From contig NC_058368.1 of assembly GCF_018350175.1 (NCBI RefSeq), forward strand, positions 120,344,001-120,408,000: DNA of 64,000 nucleotides, written 5' to 3'. Under the pieces are notes generated by a model. The model worked only from the letters and a program-made list of their open reading frames with translations, did not search any database and had not been told where the DNA came from. A program made the position numbers and the translations under genes. Of this stretch, positions 12,927 through 25,692 are shown in pieces. Each line of letters opens with the position of its first letter. Positions within the stretch are counted from its first letter, which is position 1. This stretch comes from Felis catus. Its lineage: Eukaryota.

Positions 12927-13143
12927 GGGGCACCTGGTTGGCTCAGTCGGTTTAGCATCCAACTTCAGCTCAGGTCATGACTTAGTGCCTCATGGGTTCG
13001 AGCCCTGCATTGGGCTCTGTGCTCACAGCTCAGAGCCTGGAGACTGCTTCTGATTCTGTGTCTCCCTCTCTCTCTTTTCCTCCCCCATTCACTCTCTGTC
13101 TCTCTCTCTGTCAAAAATAGGCGTCAAAAAAATTAAAAATTGA
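12927..13143 (+). mobile_element. Felid Can-SINE
   Basis: ggggcacctggttggctcagtcgg head; TSD aaa(g/c)cacacttaa. Confidence 0.95.
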
Positions 13144-13152
13144 AAACCACAC

Positions 13153-13380
13153 TTAAATACAGAGAACAAACTGAGAATTGCTAGGGAGGTGCCTGGTGGA
13201 GGGATGGGCTAAAAGGGTGACGCGCCGCTTTAAGGAGGGCACTTGTTGGGATGAGCACTGGGTGTCATACATAAGTGATGAATCACTAAATTATACTCCT
13301 GAAACCATTATTACACTATGTGTCAGCTAACCTGGATTTAAGTAAAATTGAAAATACAACAAATAAATAAAAAATAAAAA
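13153..13380 (+). mobile_element. Carnivore LINE-1, extreme 3' fragment
   Basis: ttaaatacagagaacaaactgag...gggatgagcactgggtgt...gaatcactaaat...ctcctgaaacc followed by an A-rich tail. Confidence 0.92.
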
Positions 13381-13686
13381 ACACACTTGTAGTCAGGTTG
13401 TATACTTCCCTAGAAATTGGGCAGCTCCTTTAGTGTTGGCAAGTCTCCAAATGTCAAAGCCTCAGAATACAGAAAATAAAAGACATAGCTCAGACAACTT
13501 CCTACCCATAAGTTTTTATCTTAGATTCTGTCTCTCTGGGAACCATACCTAAGGCGCCTTCCATTTTACTACCCACAGTGCATCGTGTGTAGGCTCCTCC
13601 TCCTCCAGATGTTTAATGATTGACTTTTCCAAAGAGAAGAAAACCCTAATCCATGGCATTAGCTCGTTTGTGTGGTGTAATGATCC

Positions 13687-13774
13687 AGTCATGGCTGATT
13701 TCAAGCCATAACACTCGTGTCACTGGGAGCTGGGAGAGACGCATAGGGTGGGAGCTGACTCCAGCATACCACTG
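13687..13774. mobile_element. hAT (MER63-like) DNA transposon end fragment
   Basis: catggctgatttcaagc...gtcactg...gggagagacgca...ctccagcataccactg resembles the MER63 terminus. Confidence 0.55.
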
Positions 13775-14917
13775 GCTTCTCCTCAGGGGTGATGAAGACA
13801 TTTTCATGAAGCATTTTCACCAGCTCAAGTATAACTAAATGCTACGTAAGTTGGACTTCATGAGTTTTCTCACTAATTCCTTCCCCCACATTTCCCACGT
13901 ATTGTAGGTTTGCAAACTGATTTTCTCCAGGTGTTGTCCTGGCATAATTTTCAAACTGATAACAAAAACAACTTTGTTAAGGCCGTATTTTATTTAATGC
14001 TTAATGAAAAAAAAAAGGCAGTGTCTTTTATTTTCAGATACTTTTTTAAAAGTCTGTGCTCAAAAATCACGAAGAGTTGGAAAGAATCTGAAATCATTAA
14101 GGCTTTAAATATACCTTACACAATCTTGTTTACATAAAAATGCAAGTTAAATATAAACATTAAAAACTCCTGGTAATTTTATTAAATCGGTTTCATGTGA
14201 TCTCCAGTTATATATAAAAGTTTCTTAGTTCTGTTATTTGTGAGAAGATCAGTACCAGATTGAATTACTATCTATTGGCATAAGGCCCTAAAAAGCTTAC
14301 TTCACCATTAATCTTTTACATGATTAAATGCATTTCCTAATTAGAGATTACCTAAACATTGGAAAAAAATGAAAAGAACAGTATTTTCGTAAATCAACAA
14401 GTAATAGGGCTGTAATGTATCACAGAACATGAAGATATACATCTGTGCAAATAACATTATATGTTATATACACATGTCTGTATGTATGCCCCACCCCAAC
14501 ATGCTCACATACTCAGTCATAAAGCAAAGCTTAATGTGATGCACTTTTCCAGTTCATTCTTGAGGTTTGCATTTTTTCTTCATTAATTATGAACAGCTTC
14601 GTGTCGTGTCATCCTCCCACTCTTGAAGACAGTAAGAAGAAGATCACGATGGAGTTCTTCAAGGTGTCCTTTTCTCAAGTGTAACAAAATTCTCTGCTGT
14701 TTCCTATGTAAACATAATCCTCCCTTTCGGGGCCTTTTGTTGGGATCAGCAAATAGATTCCTGAAGACAATAATCCCAAGGCCATGTGGTACAAGAAGGA
14801 AAAATTCAAGAGATACCTTATAAACCTCTGGAGCAGAGCGCCACCAGAACCAAAGGAAATATTTTTAACACTCCTTTTTTGTTGTTGTTTTGTTTTGTTT
14901 TCGGTTTATACTTTTCA

Positions 14918-15061
<144 letters not shown>

Positions 15062-15064
15062 TCA

Positions 15065-15384
<320 letters not shown>

Positions 15385-15584
15385 CTATGCCAGTGGTGTC
15401 TTGGAAGGACACTCCTCTGTAGCCAAAACCACATAACTTATATATCATCTAGATTATCAGAAGTTGCTAAGAAATAGTTGGCCAATATTTTCTTCTGCTC
15501 TCTAGAATTTTTGTAGCCACTATGATTAGATACCAGGACTGAACAAGAATAGTCTCAATTCACTTTGTAAGTCATTAACATTCA

Positions 15585-15695
<111 letters not shown>

Positions 15696-15894
15696 CTATC
15701 AATTTTCATTAAAGACACCATCTTCGAAAGTTCATTAATCTTTTATTCTGCAATGTTTCTTCTGCTGTTCATCCGACCTAGTGATTATTTTTATTTCAGA
15801 CATTGTCATTTTCACCTCTGTAAGTATGATTGGGGTCTCTTTTATATCTCCCATGCCTCTACTTAACAAGATCAGTCTCTCTTCTGACTTGTTG

Positions 15895-16035
15895 AGTACA
15901 TGGAACAGGTGGAGTGCTGTTAGCGTTTTATTTCTTAACCTGGGTGGTGGATACATGGCGTGTGCTTTACATTACATTGGCACATTATATCACATTGGTA
16001 AGTTTTACCTTTCTGTTTTGGGCACTTTTCTGCAT
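15895..16035 (+). mobile_element. Old L1 (L1MC/ME-like) 3' end
   Basis: gttttatttcttaacctgggtggtggatacatgg...gcacttttctgcatgggtattgtattcca. Confidence 0.65.
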
Positions 16036-16089
16036 GGGTATTGTATTCCAAAGTGAAACATTAGGTGACTCAAGAAATCATATTACCTC

Positions 16090-16980
16090 CACATTCAAAA
16101 CATCCCCAATTCAACTACCTCTCAGCATTTCCACCATTCCTATCCTGAGCCACTGCTCCATCATTCTTTAACTTGTTGATAGTAAACACCACCCCATTGG
16201 ACTCCCATCTTCAGTCCTTGCCCCTGTGGTCTTACTTTGAGCTCAAAGGTTAATGACATTGTTACAAAATACAATTTGGATCATGTTGTTATCCTTCTAC
16301 TCAAATCCACATGGCTTTTCATCTTATTCAGAGTCAAAGTCAAAGACTTTTTATAGTTTGCATAGACTTCTATGATGTGACATTCTCTTAAACTTTTTCC
16401 TCAAATTTGTTGCCTTTACATTACCCGTGCTAGCCTCCCTTGTGTACTTCTAACTTCTTGCATGCTCACCATCTTCAGAGGTATTATGCTGGAAATTTCC
16501 TAGGTCTTGAATATTCGACTCACTGATACCCCTGTGACTCACTCCCCTTCTCTCCATCAAATCTATATTTACATTTTATCTTCTTTGTAAGATTTTCCCT
16601 ATTTCCCAGTCTAAATCAGTCTCTTTTCAGAGGCACCCATTCCCTTTTCTTATTTATTTTTTGCATAGCACGCCCCACCATCAGTCATAGTATCTATTTA
16701 CATTCATCTGTTATTTGTCCTCCTCACACTAAACATAATCTTTAAGGGAAATGATTTTTATCACTTTTTAAAAATTCATTGCTTGAAGCTTCAGTGCCTA
16801 TATCAGTGTCTCATGTGAAGTATGTACTCAGTAAATATTTGTTGAATGAATACTCTTAAACCATTATTCTCTACTTTCAGGTAATTTGTCCTCCTTGAGA
16901 TTAAAAAAAAAAGCCTCTAGTGTTTATTTCAGTGGCTTGTACATAATGTGCAATTAATAGCTGTTTGTTGAATGAATGAC
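16090..16980 (+). mobile_element. L2 (3' ~750 bp plus a second 3' terminus)
   Basis: Pyrimidine-rich body ending tactcagtaaatattttgttgaatgaat; second tail gtttgttgaatgaatga. Confidence 0.8.
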
Positions 16981-17574
16981 TCCATGCCTAGCTAGTGGCA
17001 ATGTAGCCCTGTTTTCCTAATGGTTACAGATGGGGAGTAGGAGTATGCACTCTGATGTTCTATTCTTGGCTTTTTCTCTGACTGCATTCAATATGCATGA
17101 ATATTCATTACCTGTTTATTTTGGGACCTAAATATCAAATACTCATTTAGTAAACATGTTGGTATGGAAAACACTGGACAAGCCACTGCTGATTAAAACA
17201 AAGACCACGTATTCCTCCAGACTCCCAAAATATCCCTGCAAAATGAAATGTGTCCCTGCCTTCGACGGTATGCTGCTAAACGTGCATTTGCATATGCAGA
17301 TACCAGATTCTGCCAACAGATCAGTTCATTGCCAATACAAAGCTGCCACTGAGGACATATTTGCTTCTCTTGTAAAGGCCAATACAGTTGTGTGGGCCAC
17401 AAATGAAATGCATGCTGTTGGATTTGCAGGAATAGTTTTAGAGACTGGACAGGATTACCTCTTTGCTGAAATAAATTAGGGAGCTGTTGCTGTCAGGTCT
17501 AAAAGCCCCTGCTTTCTCAAACAGGACATACTGCTTGTTTTCTGTGAAAATATGCTGCTGCCAGAAAAACAAAC

Positions 17575-17593
17575 AACAACAACAACAACAACA
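17575..17593. repeat. (CAA)n microsatellite
   Basis: Seen directly. Confidence 0.9.
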
Positions 17594-17929
17594 AAAAGAA
17601 AAAACAAAGAAAACTTCCTCTGTACCTCAACTTGGGCACATTTGGAATGACGGCCATCACTCCCCTATCTTTAGTTATTTCTGCAAGAACAATAAAGTTC
17701 CCAGAATAAGGAGCCTTGTGGTCTTGCTCCCAGGTCACACTGTTCTGTGGCGGTGGCACTGGCCAGTCTTAACCCTTCTCCACATGGACAAGTCTCTCTG
17801 AAACGCAATGGCGGGCCCTGCAAAAAGGACTTAGCGGTTGATTGATCATTGCAGACTATAATAGCAATATTTCCCATTTTGTGAACCCACTGAAAATATT
17901 TACACAATGTTAAGTAAGCATCTGATCTA

Positions 17930-18068
17930 ACATCATCACTTTACAGATGGGATAATGCTGGCCCAGAAAGGCAAAATGACTTGTCCAAAGTCATAGAACT
18001 AGCTACTTTCATGGTGGGATTAAAACTATCATCTGGCTTCTGACACCATGGTCTTTCCATTATGTTAC
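17930..18068 (-). mobile_element. MIR
   Basis: cactttacagatggga...ggcccagaaaggcaaaatgacttgtccaaagtcata. Confidence 0.8.
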
Positions 18069-18104
18069 TCTCACAGTCATAGGCCTACCTGTTAACCACT
18101 CTGG

Positions 18105-18285
18105 CTTGTAAATATTCACTTTAACAGGTCACCCAGGAAGCAAATTAAAAGTGTAGATCTTTGGTACCTCCCTCTCAGAAATTCTAATTTGGAAAGTCAG
18201 AGATAAAGCCTGAGAATTATGCTTTAGCATGTACCTCAGGTGAATTTAATGTAGATAACAGGCTACAATTTGAGAAATTCTACTA
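18105..18285. mobile_element. MER5-like hAT-Charlie MITE (degraded)
   Basis: cagaaattctaattt...gcctgagaatt...cctcaggtga...tttgagaaa. Confidence 0.5.
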
Positions 18286-18319
18286 CCTGGAAGAATAAAT
18301 ATCATCAGGGAAGATGTAT

Positions 18320-18582
18320 AGTACATAGATTAGCACTACCACTGCAGAGCCAAAAGAACTGAGTTTATAATCTCACCTTTGCCACTTCCTGACTAGGTAT
18401 ATTTGAATGATTTTATTATTGAGCATCTCTGGGTCTCATTTATCTTAGCTATAACATGAGAACTCGCTAGGCTCTTGTGAACATTATGTACATATAGGTG
18501 TGTGTATTTTGTATGTATACGTGTGTAAAGCACAGTGTGCCTTGTGCATAGTACATGCTTAATAGGTCCTCGCTATTGTTGT
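18320..18582 (+). mobile_element. MIR
   Basis: ctgagttt...tctcacctttgccactt...ctctgggtctcattt...tgtaaagcacagtg...gcatagtacatgcttaata. Confidence 0.75.
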
Positions 18583-18587
18583 TACTG

Positions 18588-18722
18588 ATAATATATTATA
18601 TATATATAATATATATTTATACATATAATTGTACATATAATATATGTACATATATAATATATATATATTTTAAAATATATATATATTTTTATATTTATAT
18701 ATTTATATATATATATACTTTT
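18588..18722. repeat. TA-rich low-complexity tract with palindromes
   Basis: Almost pure A/T; perfect 32-bp palindrome 18656-18687. Confidence 0.9.
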
Positions 18723-19624
18723 AAAAATTCCTTAAGTAATAAATGGTATTTTTGATATTTTGAGAGAGCAACTAATTTCCCAATATCATGTACATATGTA
18801 AATAATATAACATAGTATATTTAAAAATATAAATATATTTCCCTTTGGCTGTACCCCAGTCTGTTGCTTCTCCCTCAGCCCCAACAAATCTACCACAAAA
18901 AATACCTGTGTGGGAGAGAAGGTATGATTCAATGAGATTGTGTGTCTCTTCTTTAAAACGTTGTATTCTCTTTATTTCCAGTGAGCCTTAACTAAAATGG
19001 CCAATTGCATTCAACAAGCCTGGTGAGAACTCACATTTCTGATTGAGAGAAAATATGTTTAAGTAATTTAGACATTTCAGCATGTTTAGTCCTACCTAGG
19101 CTGGAGGTCTTTCAGTCCAGTGAGCTTGTCAAGTGCACTGAAAATACACTCAACCCAGGTTGTCATTTGTATGTATAAGCCTACAGGATACTAAAAGTCT
19201 ACCAAGAGATAAAATAAATAACGGCCTCAAATCATCCCAAATAGTGACTCCAGTGTACTTTATCATCAATTGTCTAAAATAACTTGATTGCAAAGATTCT
19301 GAGGATAGATGGTGGAAATAAACTCAAATGTCAAGTGATAGCTATGCTAAGAAAAGTGGAGATGGATGTCTGAGAATTTTGAGTGGCTTTGGCACTATCT
19401 GAGTGCTTTAGATAGCACAGATCACTTAGGAATCAGACACTCTGATTGACCTTAGTTGCTTTTAAAAAGTGTGGAGAGAGGCAATCAGCTTGGCTACAGT
19501 GATGCATTGTATTATTGAAAATGGACCTAAACATCACTTTCTAGTTGGCGGTGAGAGCAGTAGTGATTCCAGTGTTAGTTATGTGTGGAAGGGTCTCTTT
19601 CTTTCTTCTAAAAATATGGATGGG

Positions 19625-19890
19625 TAGCGTAGCACAGCAGATGAAAGCAAAACCTTGGAGTTGAAGAAGGCCAACGTTTGAATTCAGTCCCATGCTTCCT
19701 AGATGTGTGAAGTTGGGCATGTTGCTTGGAATCTTGAAGTTTCAGTTTCGTCATCTGTATAACAAGAGTAAATTGCTGACCCTAAAGGGTCACTTATATA
19801 ATTTATATATTATGTATAAATTATTTAACATGTAATTTAATTATATAAAACACCTGAATCATAGGAGAGGATCAATAAATGCTTTCTCCT
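19625..19890 (+). mobile_element. MIR
   Basis: ttggagttgaaga...tttgaattc...tgtgtgaagttgggca...cagtttcgtcatctgta...tcaataaatg. Confidence 0.8.
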
Positions 19891-20679
19891 TCACAGTAGG
19901 ATTGGTGGTAATAAAAGTATTAAAAGAGCAGGGGGCTTTCTGTAAAGATGTGGCCTAATTCAACTTTAATCAGCTGTCTAAACCTAATATTTACGTTGCT
20001 CGAAAGATAGCCTACTCAAAAATGAATTTTCCCAGTGGAAATAAATAAATGATGAAGATGTCAAAGGGAAGGAAGAGATTCAGAATAGTCTAAGATCTTT
20101 TAAACACATGAAGACCAATAGGACTAATGGGCCAGAGTCTGTGCAGGATGTGAATATATCTCAGATCTGTACTTATTATGACACATTTTAGGAGATGGGG
20201 TGTCCATCTGAATCCACTTAAAGCAAACAACAAATCCAAACATTTTTGTCTGTTGATAAAAGTGTCAAATGCCATGACCCTGAGCACAGTTCTTAGATGA
20301 CTAAATTGCTATCAATATCTCCCCAGATTAGTAGAATAGAAAAGAATTCAAGGTTTCCAGGGCCAACTGGCCTCCTCTCAGGTGCCCTGTTGGCCCATTG
20401 TTCATCCTCCTTTGGGGCCATCAAATTTTGCTTGTTGGAAGGAGGAAATAAGCTTACTTAAACTGAGGCATAGGTGACCGATATAGTTTTGTATATCTTC
20501 TCAAGTAAATATTTTCGTGGGATTGAAGAGGAATAAACCTCTGTATATTTATCACTCAGACTTCAGTGATTAAGAATTTAGTGCATACAATTTCAGACTT
20601 TTTAAAACAAATAGCCGTTTTCACACATATGCCCCAAAGTGGTACACTGTATACCTATCTGTAAACTGCTCTTATGTAT

Positions 20680-21010
20680 TGACCATTTTCATTTCCTAAT
20701 ATTTTTACATCAAAACTTTAATGGCTGCTAGTTATTGCATCACGTTACCATTCTGAACCTGTGTTTTGTGGTTGGGAAAGCAATTGTTCCTAAGACATGG
20801 CTTCTGAGAAGTAAATAGAGGTTAATATTTTCGTAAAGTAACACTTTGAGAATTTCATGATGAACTTAAAATTCTGGAAGTAAAATTGCTGGGTCATATG
20901 ATACAGAAAATTTTAAGATATAGTCACATATTATCAAAGCTAATACTACTATGCAAGTTAAAGAAATTCAGCATTTTCCCCACTGTTACTGTCACTGGGT
21001 ATCATCATTA
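20680..21010 (-). mobile_element. Old L1 (L1ME-like) fragment
   Basis: ttttaatggctgc...ggaagtaaaattgctgggtcatatg. Confidence 0.5.
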
Positions 21011-22491
21011 AAAGCAATCAAAAGGCCATCTGCATGTCCCATGCACTCAGAGCATGTTTCTTGCCCGATGTTGTAGCCTATCTATGGTAATGATGGAATA
21101 TCATTGCCTACTCTGTTGAGAGCCTATTTTGTCCTCTATTTTGTTGGCAGCTATGCCCATCTCACAGCTAGAGTTAGCGGCTGTGAACATCTGCAAGTTT
21201 TCTAACAGCACTATAAGAATATGGTGAAGTAAGCAGGCTTCTAGCTCCCTCCATTCTAACAAAGACATAATTTGATGATTTTTGAGGGTCAGTGCAGTGA
21301 TGCAACTCCGGTGGATTTCCTTTAAGAAGGGAAACAGCACATGTTCGCATCTTTTAGTATGTCAACAGTGCAATAAACACTTACAAATAATGTCGTGATG
21401 CTGCTAGAAATGGAATGATTCAGAGATAGGGCCTGTACCAAATGTCAGTGTGTACAAAAAATCCAATCACCATTAAAATCAGATAAGGCCTCTTTCTCCC
21501 TGTGGGCAATAGGTTGTTTTTAAAGATACCTTTTTTTTTTTTTTTAAGCTGTGAAAAGCAAAATCAATTCTTGCTTTATTTTTATCTGAAATACTTATGA
21601 AACCATTTTCCCCTTCTGTATTCTAAAGGGGAAACACCAAATTCCAATTGACTTAAAAAAAAAAATGAAAGCACGTATAATTATCAATTGCCCAAGGTGG
21701 TGGGTACTGTAACTTGGAGATACCCTGTTTGTTGTGGAGACCTCAATTTTTATAAGAAATGATCCGATGGGTAATTGGATACAAACTCTAGCATCATTGC
21801 CTTATGAAATAATAGCAAAATAAGACAAAAATCATACAAATGTTGACGTGGATTAGGTCTCTGTTGTGGGCTCTTGTCTCTTGCTACTTGGAATGCTCTT
21901 CTCTGGCCATCTCCATCCCATGCACTGCTCCAGTCACCATTGATTTGTCAAGAACCCACAAATTCATCTCTCTAACCCAGAGCTCACTTTTTGAGCTCCC
22001 TTTATATCCAGTTGCCTCTTGACTTCCCAGCTTGCAGTTCCCTAGTGCCCATAGGATGACGCATCTGAGATCCATAAGCTTCTCCCTCAAAATGAGTCTT
22101 TGTATAGCCTGCCTGAGTGAAGGCAAAAAGCCATAGGCACCTCATCAGCAAATCTTACCCTTGTCTCCTTCAAAATATCTTAAATGCATTCATTTCTTTA
22201 CCTCCAGCCTTAGCCTGGATTCAGCTACTTCTCTTGCACCTGCAGGAGTGTCCTTCCTATAAGCCACTGAAGTTAGTATCCTTGAGTCCTGGTCTTTCTC
22301 CTCTGCCCCATCCCTGCTCTTTCCCATGTGTTCCCCCAAGAACAGGAGGAGTCATCTTTTTATACCTCAGACATGATCGGGTCATCTCCAACTTGAAATG
22401 CTCTAAGGGATCCTCATTGATTTACGATACTGAAAAATGTCTTTACAAGCCCTGCACAGGCATAGACGCTCCTGCCTATTTTACCCATATT

Positions 22492-22726
22492 TTTTTTAAT
22501 TTTTAAAAGGTTTTTATTTTATTTTTGAGAGAGAGAGAGAGAGGGAGAGAGAGAGAGAGAGAACAAGCAGGGGAGGGGCAGAGAGAGAGGGAGATACAGA
22601 ACCTGAAGCAAGCTCTAGGTTCTTGAGCTGTCAGCACAGAGCCCGACGTGGGGCTCAAACTCAAACTGGGAGATAACGACCTAAGCCGAAGTCAGATGCT
22701 TAACCAACTGAGCCACCTGGGTCCCC
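22492..22726 (-). mobile_element. Felid Can-SINE
   Basis: Reverse copy; degenerate TSD ctattttacc(c/a)at. Confidence 0.95.
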
Positions 22727-23089
22727 CTATTTTACCAATCTTATGTGGCACTGTTCTCCCTCCATTTCTTGCACTAAAACCTCACTATCCTTTTGGTTTC
22801 TTGACTGCATCATGCCGTCACCTGACAGAGGCCTTTGCACATCTGCCCCTGCACTCCCCTCCCCAACCCAGGACACGCTTGTCTTTCTGTCACTCTTCAT
22901 CTCTCCTTTCCAGCACCAGTTTGTTGGGAAGATATTGTTTGACCCACCAATCTAGGAAAGATTTCTTGTTTCTGCTTTTACAGAATTGCATTTCCTTTCA
23001 TACCACTTAGGTCAGTTTTGTAATTACACACCTGTTATTTGGAATTATTTGATTAATGTTTGCCTGATAAGCTTTGTGAAAATGTGGAC

Positions 23090-23730
23090 TATACTAATTT
23101 ACCAGGGCTGCTGTAACAAGTGACCACCAAGTGATTGGATTAAACAACAGATATTTATTGTCTCACTGTTCTGAAGGCTAGACGTCTAAAATCAAGGCAT
23201 TGGTAAGGTTTGTTCCTTCTGAACTCTTTGATGGAGGGATCTCTTCCTGGCCCCTGCCCTTGGTTTGCGGTTGGCCATATTCTCCTTGTGTCTTTATATC
23301 GTCTTCCCTCTGTGTGTGTCTGTCCAGTGTCCAAATTTCTTCTTTCTATATGGACACCCATTATATTGGATTAAGACTTACTCTAATGACCTCATCTTAA
23401 CTAATAACATATGCATTAATGCTCTTTCTAAATAAGGTCACATTCTAGGGTGCCTGTGTGGTTCAGTCAGTTAAGTGTCCAACTCTTGATTTTGGCTGAG
23501 GTCATGATCTCACGGTCATGAGATCGAGTCCCATGTCAGGTGTGGAGCCTGTTTAAGATGCTCTCTCTTTCTCTCCCTAAGATGCTCTCTCTTTCTCTCC
23601 CTCTGGCCATGCCCCACTCATGCTCTAGCACTCTCTTTTTCAAAATACATACATACATATGTACATACAGTCACATTCTGATGGACTAGGGATTAGAACT
23701 TCACATTACATTTTGGAAGACATAATCCAC
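23090..23730 (-). mobile_element. MaLR solo LTR (MLT1B/C-like)
   Basis: agggctgctgtaacaa...aaacaacagatatttattgtctcactgttctg...aatgacctcatcttaact...aaataaggtcacattct. Confidence 0.88.
23447..23669 (+). mobile_element. Can-SINE inside MLT1
   Basis: TSD gtcacattct (23437-23446, 23670-23679); internal 24-bp tandem duplication. Confidence 0.93.
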
Positions 23731-24199
23731 AGTAGGGGCCATGTCTGTTCGGTCCAACAGTGTGTCTTCAGTGCTCAGCATTGTCAGAACCATAAATGAA
23801 TGGACAAATGACACTTCTTAGCACTCATGTAGCCACAAGTATCAGGAGCAGGAATTAGATCCTTAGCATGGCAGGATTAATCCTGTATTATTTCTCCTCC
23901 TCCATCTTAAAACATACATTTTTTTTTCTAAACAAAAAGAGTAGGGATACATTCAAAGAGAATTGTTTAGTACAACATCATGTAGCTGAGACTGTTACCT
24001 GAATTCAGTGATGTGACTACACCAGAGAGACTCTCCCTTTGTGGAAACTCAGTACATTTTTATGTAAGAGAAATGGGGTGGGTGGGGACGATGACAGAGA
24101 TGGGGAGGAAACCCTGTTCCCAGTAGCTTTACAGATTTGAAAACACAAGCTGGAATACGAATAGAGAGCCTGCTGCTTTCCATGCCTGAGACACTAAAT

Positions 24200-24756
24200 G
24201 TGACATAATGCATTTTCCAAAGATAGTTGCCACAAATCTCCCATCCCAGTGCTTTTCCGTAGTATGGTTTTGTCATTTGCACACAGAGACAGCCTGTTGC
24301 GCCACACCCTTGTATCTGGGCATGCCCTGTGACTGTCAATGCAGCCAAATGGACACTGTGCCAGTTTTGAATATAGCCTTCAGCTGTCCCAGCAGTTTTC
24401 ATTAATTCTCTTGGAAGTCAAACACAGGTAATAAGTATGACTATCCTAAGACCACCTGTTGTCAGAAAACCATGGAAGGCCCCTGGAAGATGTGAGACTA
24501 GGTGAAGAGAAGGAAGGAGGACAGGAACAATGCGGTACCAGATCTGTGAGTAGTGAGGCCAGCGTGGATTCCAGCCAAGTTGAGCGTCCACATGACTCCA
24601 ACCCCAGCTGCTATCTGACCAACCTCATGAGAGATCATTGGTGAGAACAGCCCTGCTGATCTTGGCCACCCTTCAGGACTGGGAGGCGTATTAATAAGTT
24701 GTTGTTGTAGAGCAGTTGTAGCGTGGTTGGTTATGCAGCAGTAGGTAGGCAGAACT
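24200..24756 (+). mobile_element. MaLR solo LTR (MLT1H-like)
   Basis: ttttccaaagat...ccttgtatctgggc...tgactatcctaagaccac...ggttggttatgcagcagtaggta. Confidence 0.75.
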
Positions 24757-25648
24757 GTCAAATAAATATTCTATAAATGTCTTGCATACAGCAGTTAGTA
24801 CATGTCTTCTTCTTGGTGAATGGATACATTTGTCTCCAGGGTCCAAAGAGAATGGACGTAAAGAAAACAAAGAAATGGATCTTTTGTGCAATATGTGAAA
24901 AACCTCCTATTATAAGTTTCCTGTCAGAATGCTTTTTCTTTGAAAAGCCTCCTCCACTGGAAGGCTTTCAAGATGCTAAGAGAGCTGACCTTAAATGTCT
25001 CTTTCCGCTGTCAGGTCAGGCAACAAACTCAGACCTCAGGAACCACGGAGGCTTTAGGAAGAGTTCTTCATAGTGAGAATGAGAGGCGTGAAATAATTTT
25101 TTGGTTGGCAGCTGGAAACTGAGAATGTTATTCCTAGAGAGTGTTAAGATTTGAAGAGAAGGCATTTAGCCACTTTGGAATTCAATGTCTTATCAAAGTG
25201 TTAACCCTCTTCATTGCCCGGCCCCTACTCAAGACCAAACCCCAATCTGGATCGGGTCACTTATGGCAATATTTTCATAGAATGAATCTGATTGATGAAC
25301 AATCTATAGCTTGAGACTGGCCACTGGCAAATTAGTCAATCTCTAGTTGCCTTAATTTTCAATTTGATAAGGCTAGGGTGATAGTTATTTCTTTATTGAT
25401 CAGTTTTGCATAGGGTTAAAAGAACTTCATGCATTAAAGCTTGTAGAAATAAGCAAATCACAGATTTTAAAATTAACGTGACAAAAACTCACTTCACACC
25501 TAAATGCATAGTTGTCCAGGTATAGGAGAAGTCTTTAGGTCGAATCTCTCAAAATCATAATTCTCAATACTTACATGCATACAGACACACACAAAACCAC
25601 AATTTTATTGTACCTCTATACCCGCGCCTATACACTGTGTGCACGCAT

Positions 25649-25649
<1 letters not shown>

Positions 25650-25689
<40 letters not shown>
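25650..25689. repeat. (CA)20 microsatellite
   Basis: Seen directly. Confidence 0.97.

Positions 25690-25692
<3 letters not shown>

Larger units (their letters stand above)
12585..13496 (-). mobile_element. ERVL solo LTR (MER74/MER54-group-like), nested in the LTR16-like element
   Basis: cactgaaaaaatagtttgtta...tggtacctggc...ctggattgttgggtttgcattt; end atgtcaaagcctcagaatacagaaaataaaagacat. Confidence 0.65.
12205..13555 (+). mobile_element. ERVL solo LTR (LTR16-like), split by nested insertions; pieces at ~12205-12575 and ~13497-13555
   Basis: gagcccaaggtca...gaagggccatct...gattgaggctt...gagagcattc; terminal cttagattctgtctctctgggaaccatacctaag. Confidence 0.65.
21870..23810 (+). mobile_element. 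L2, interrupted by a SINE and an MLT1 LTR
   Basis: cccacaaattcatctctctaacccagagctc...agcaaatctt...ccttcaaaatatc; 3' end resumes after the LTR (ggggccatgtctgttc...cagtgctcagca...aaatgaatg). Confidence 0.75.

Noticed and set aside
14835..14852. CTCF-like gcgccaccag
   Set aside because: Only half of the core motif matches.
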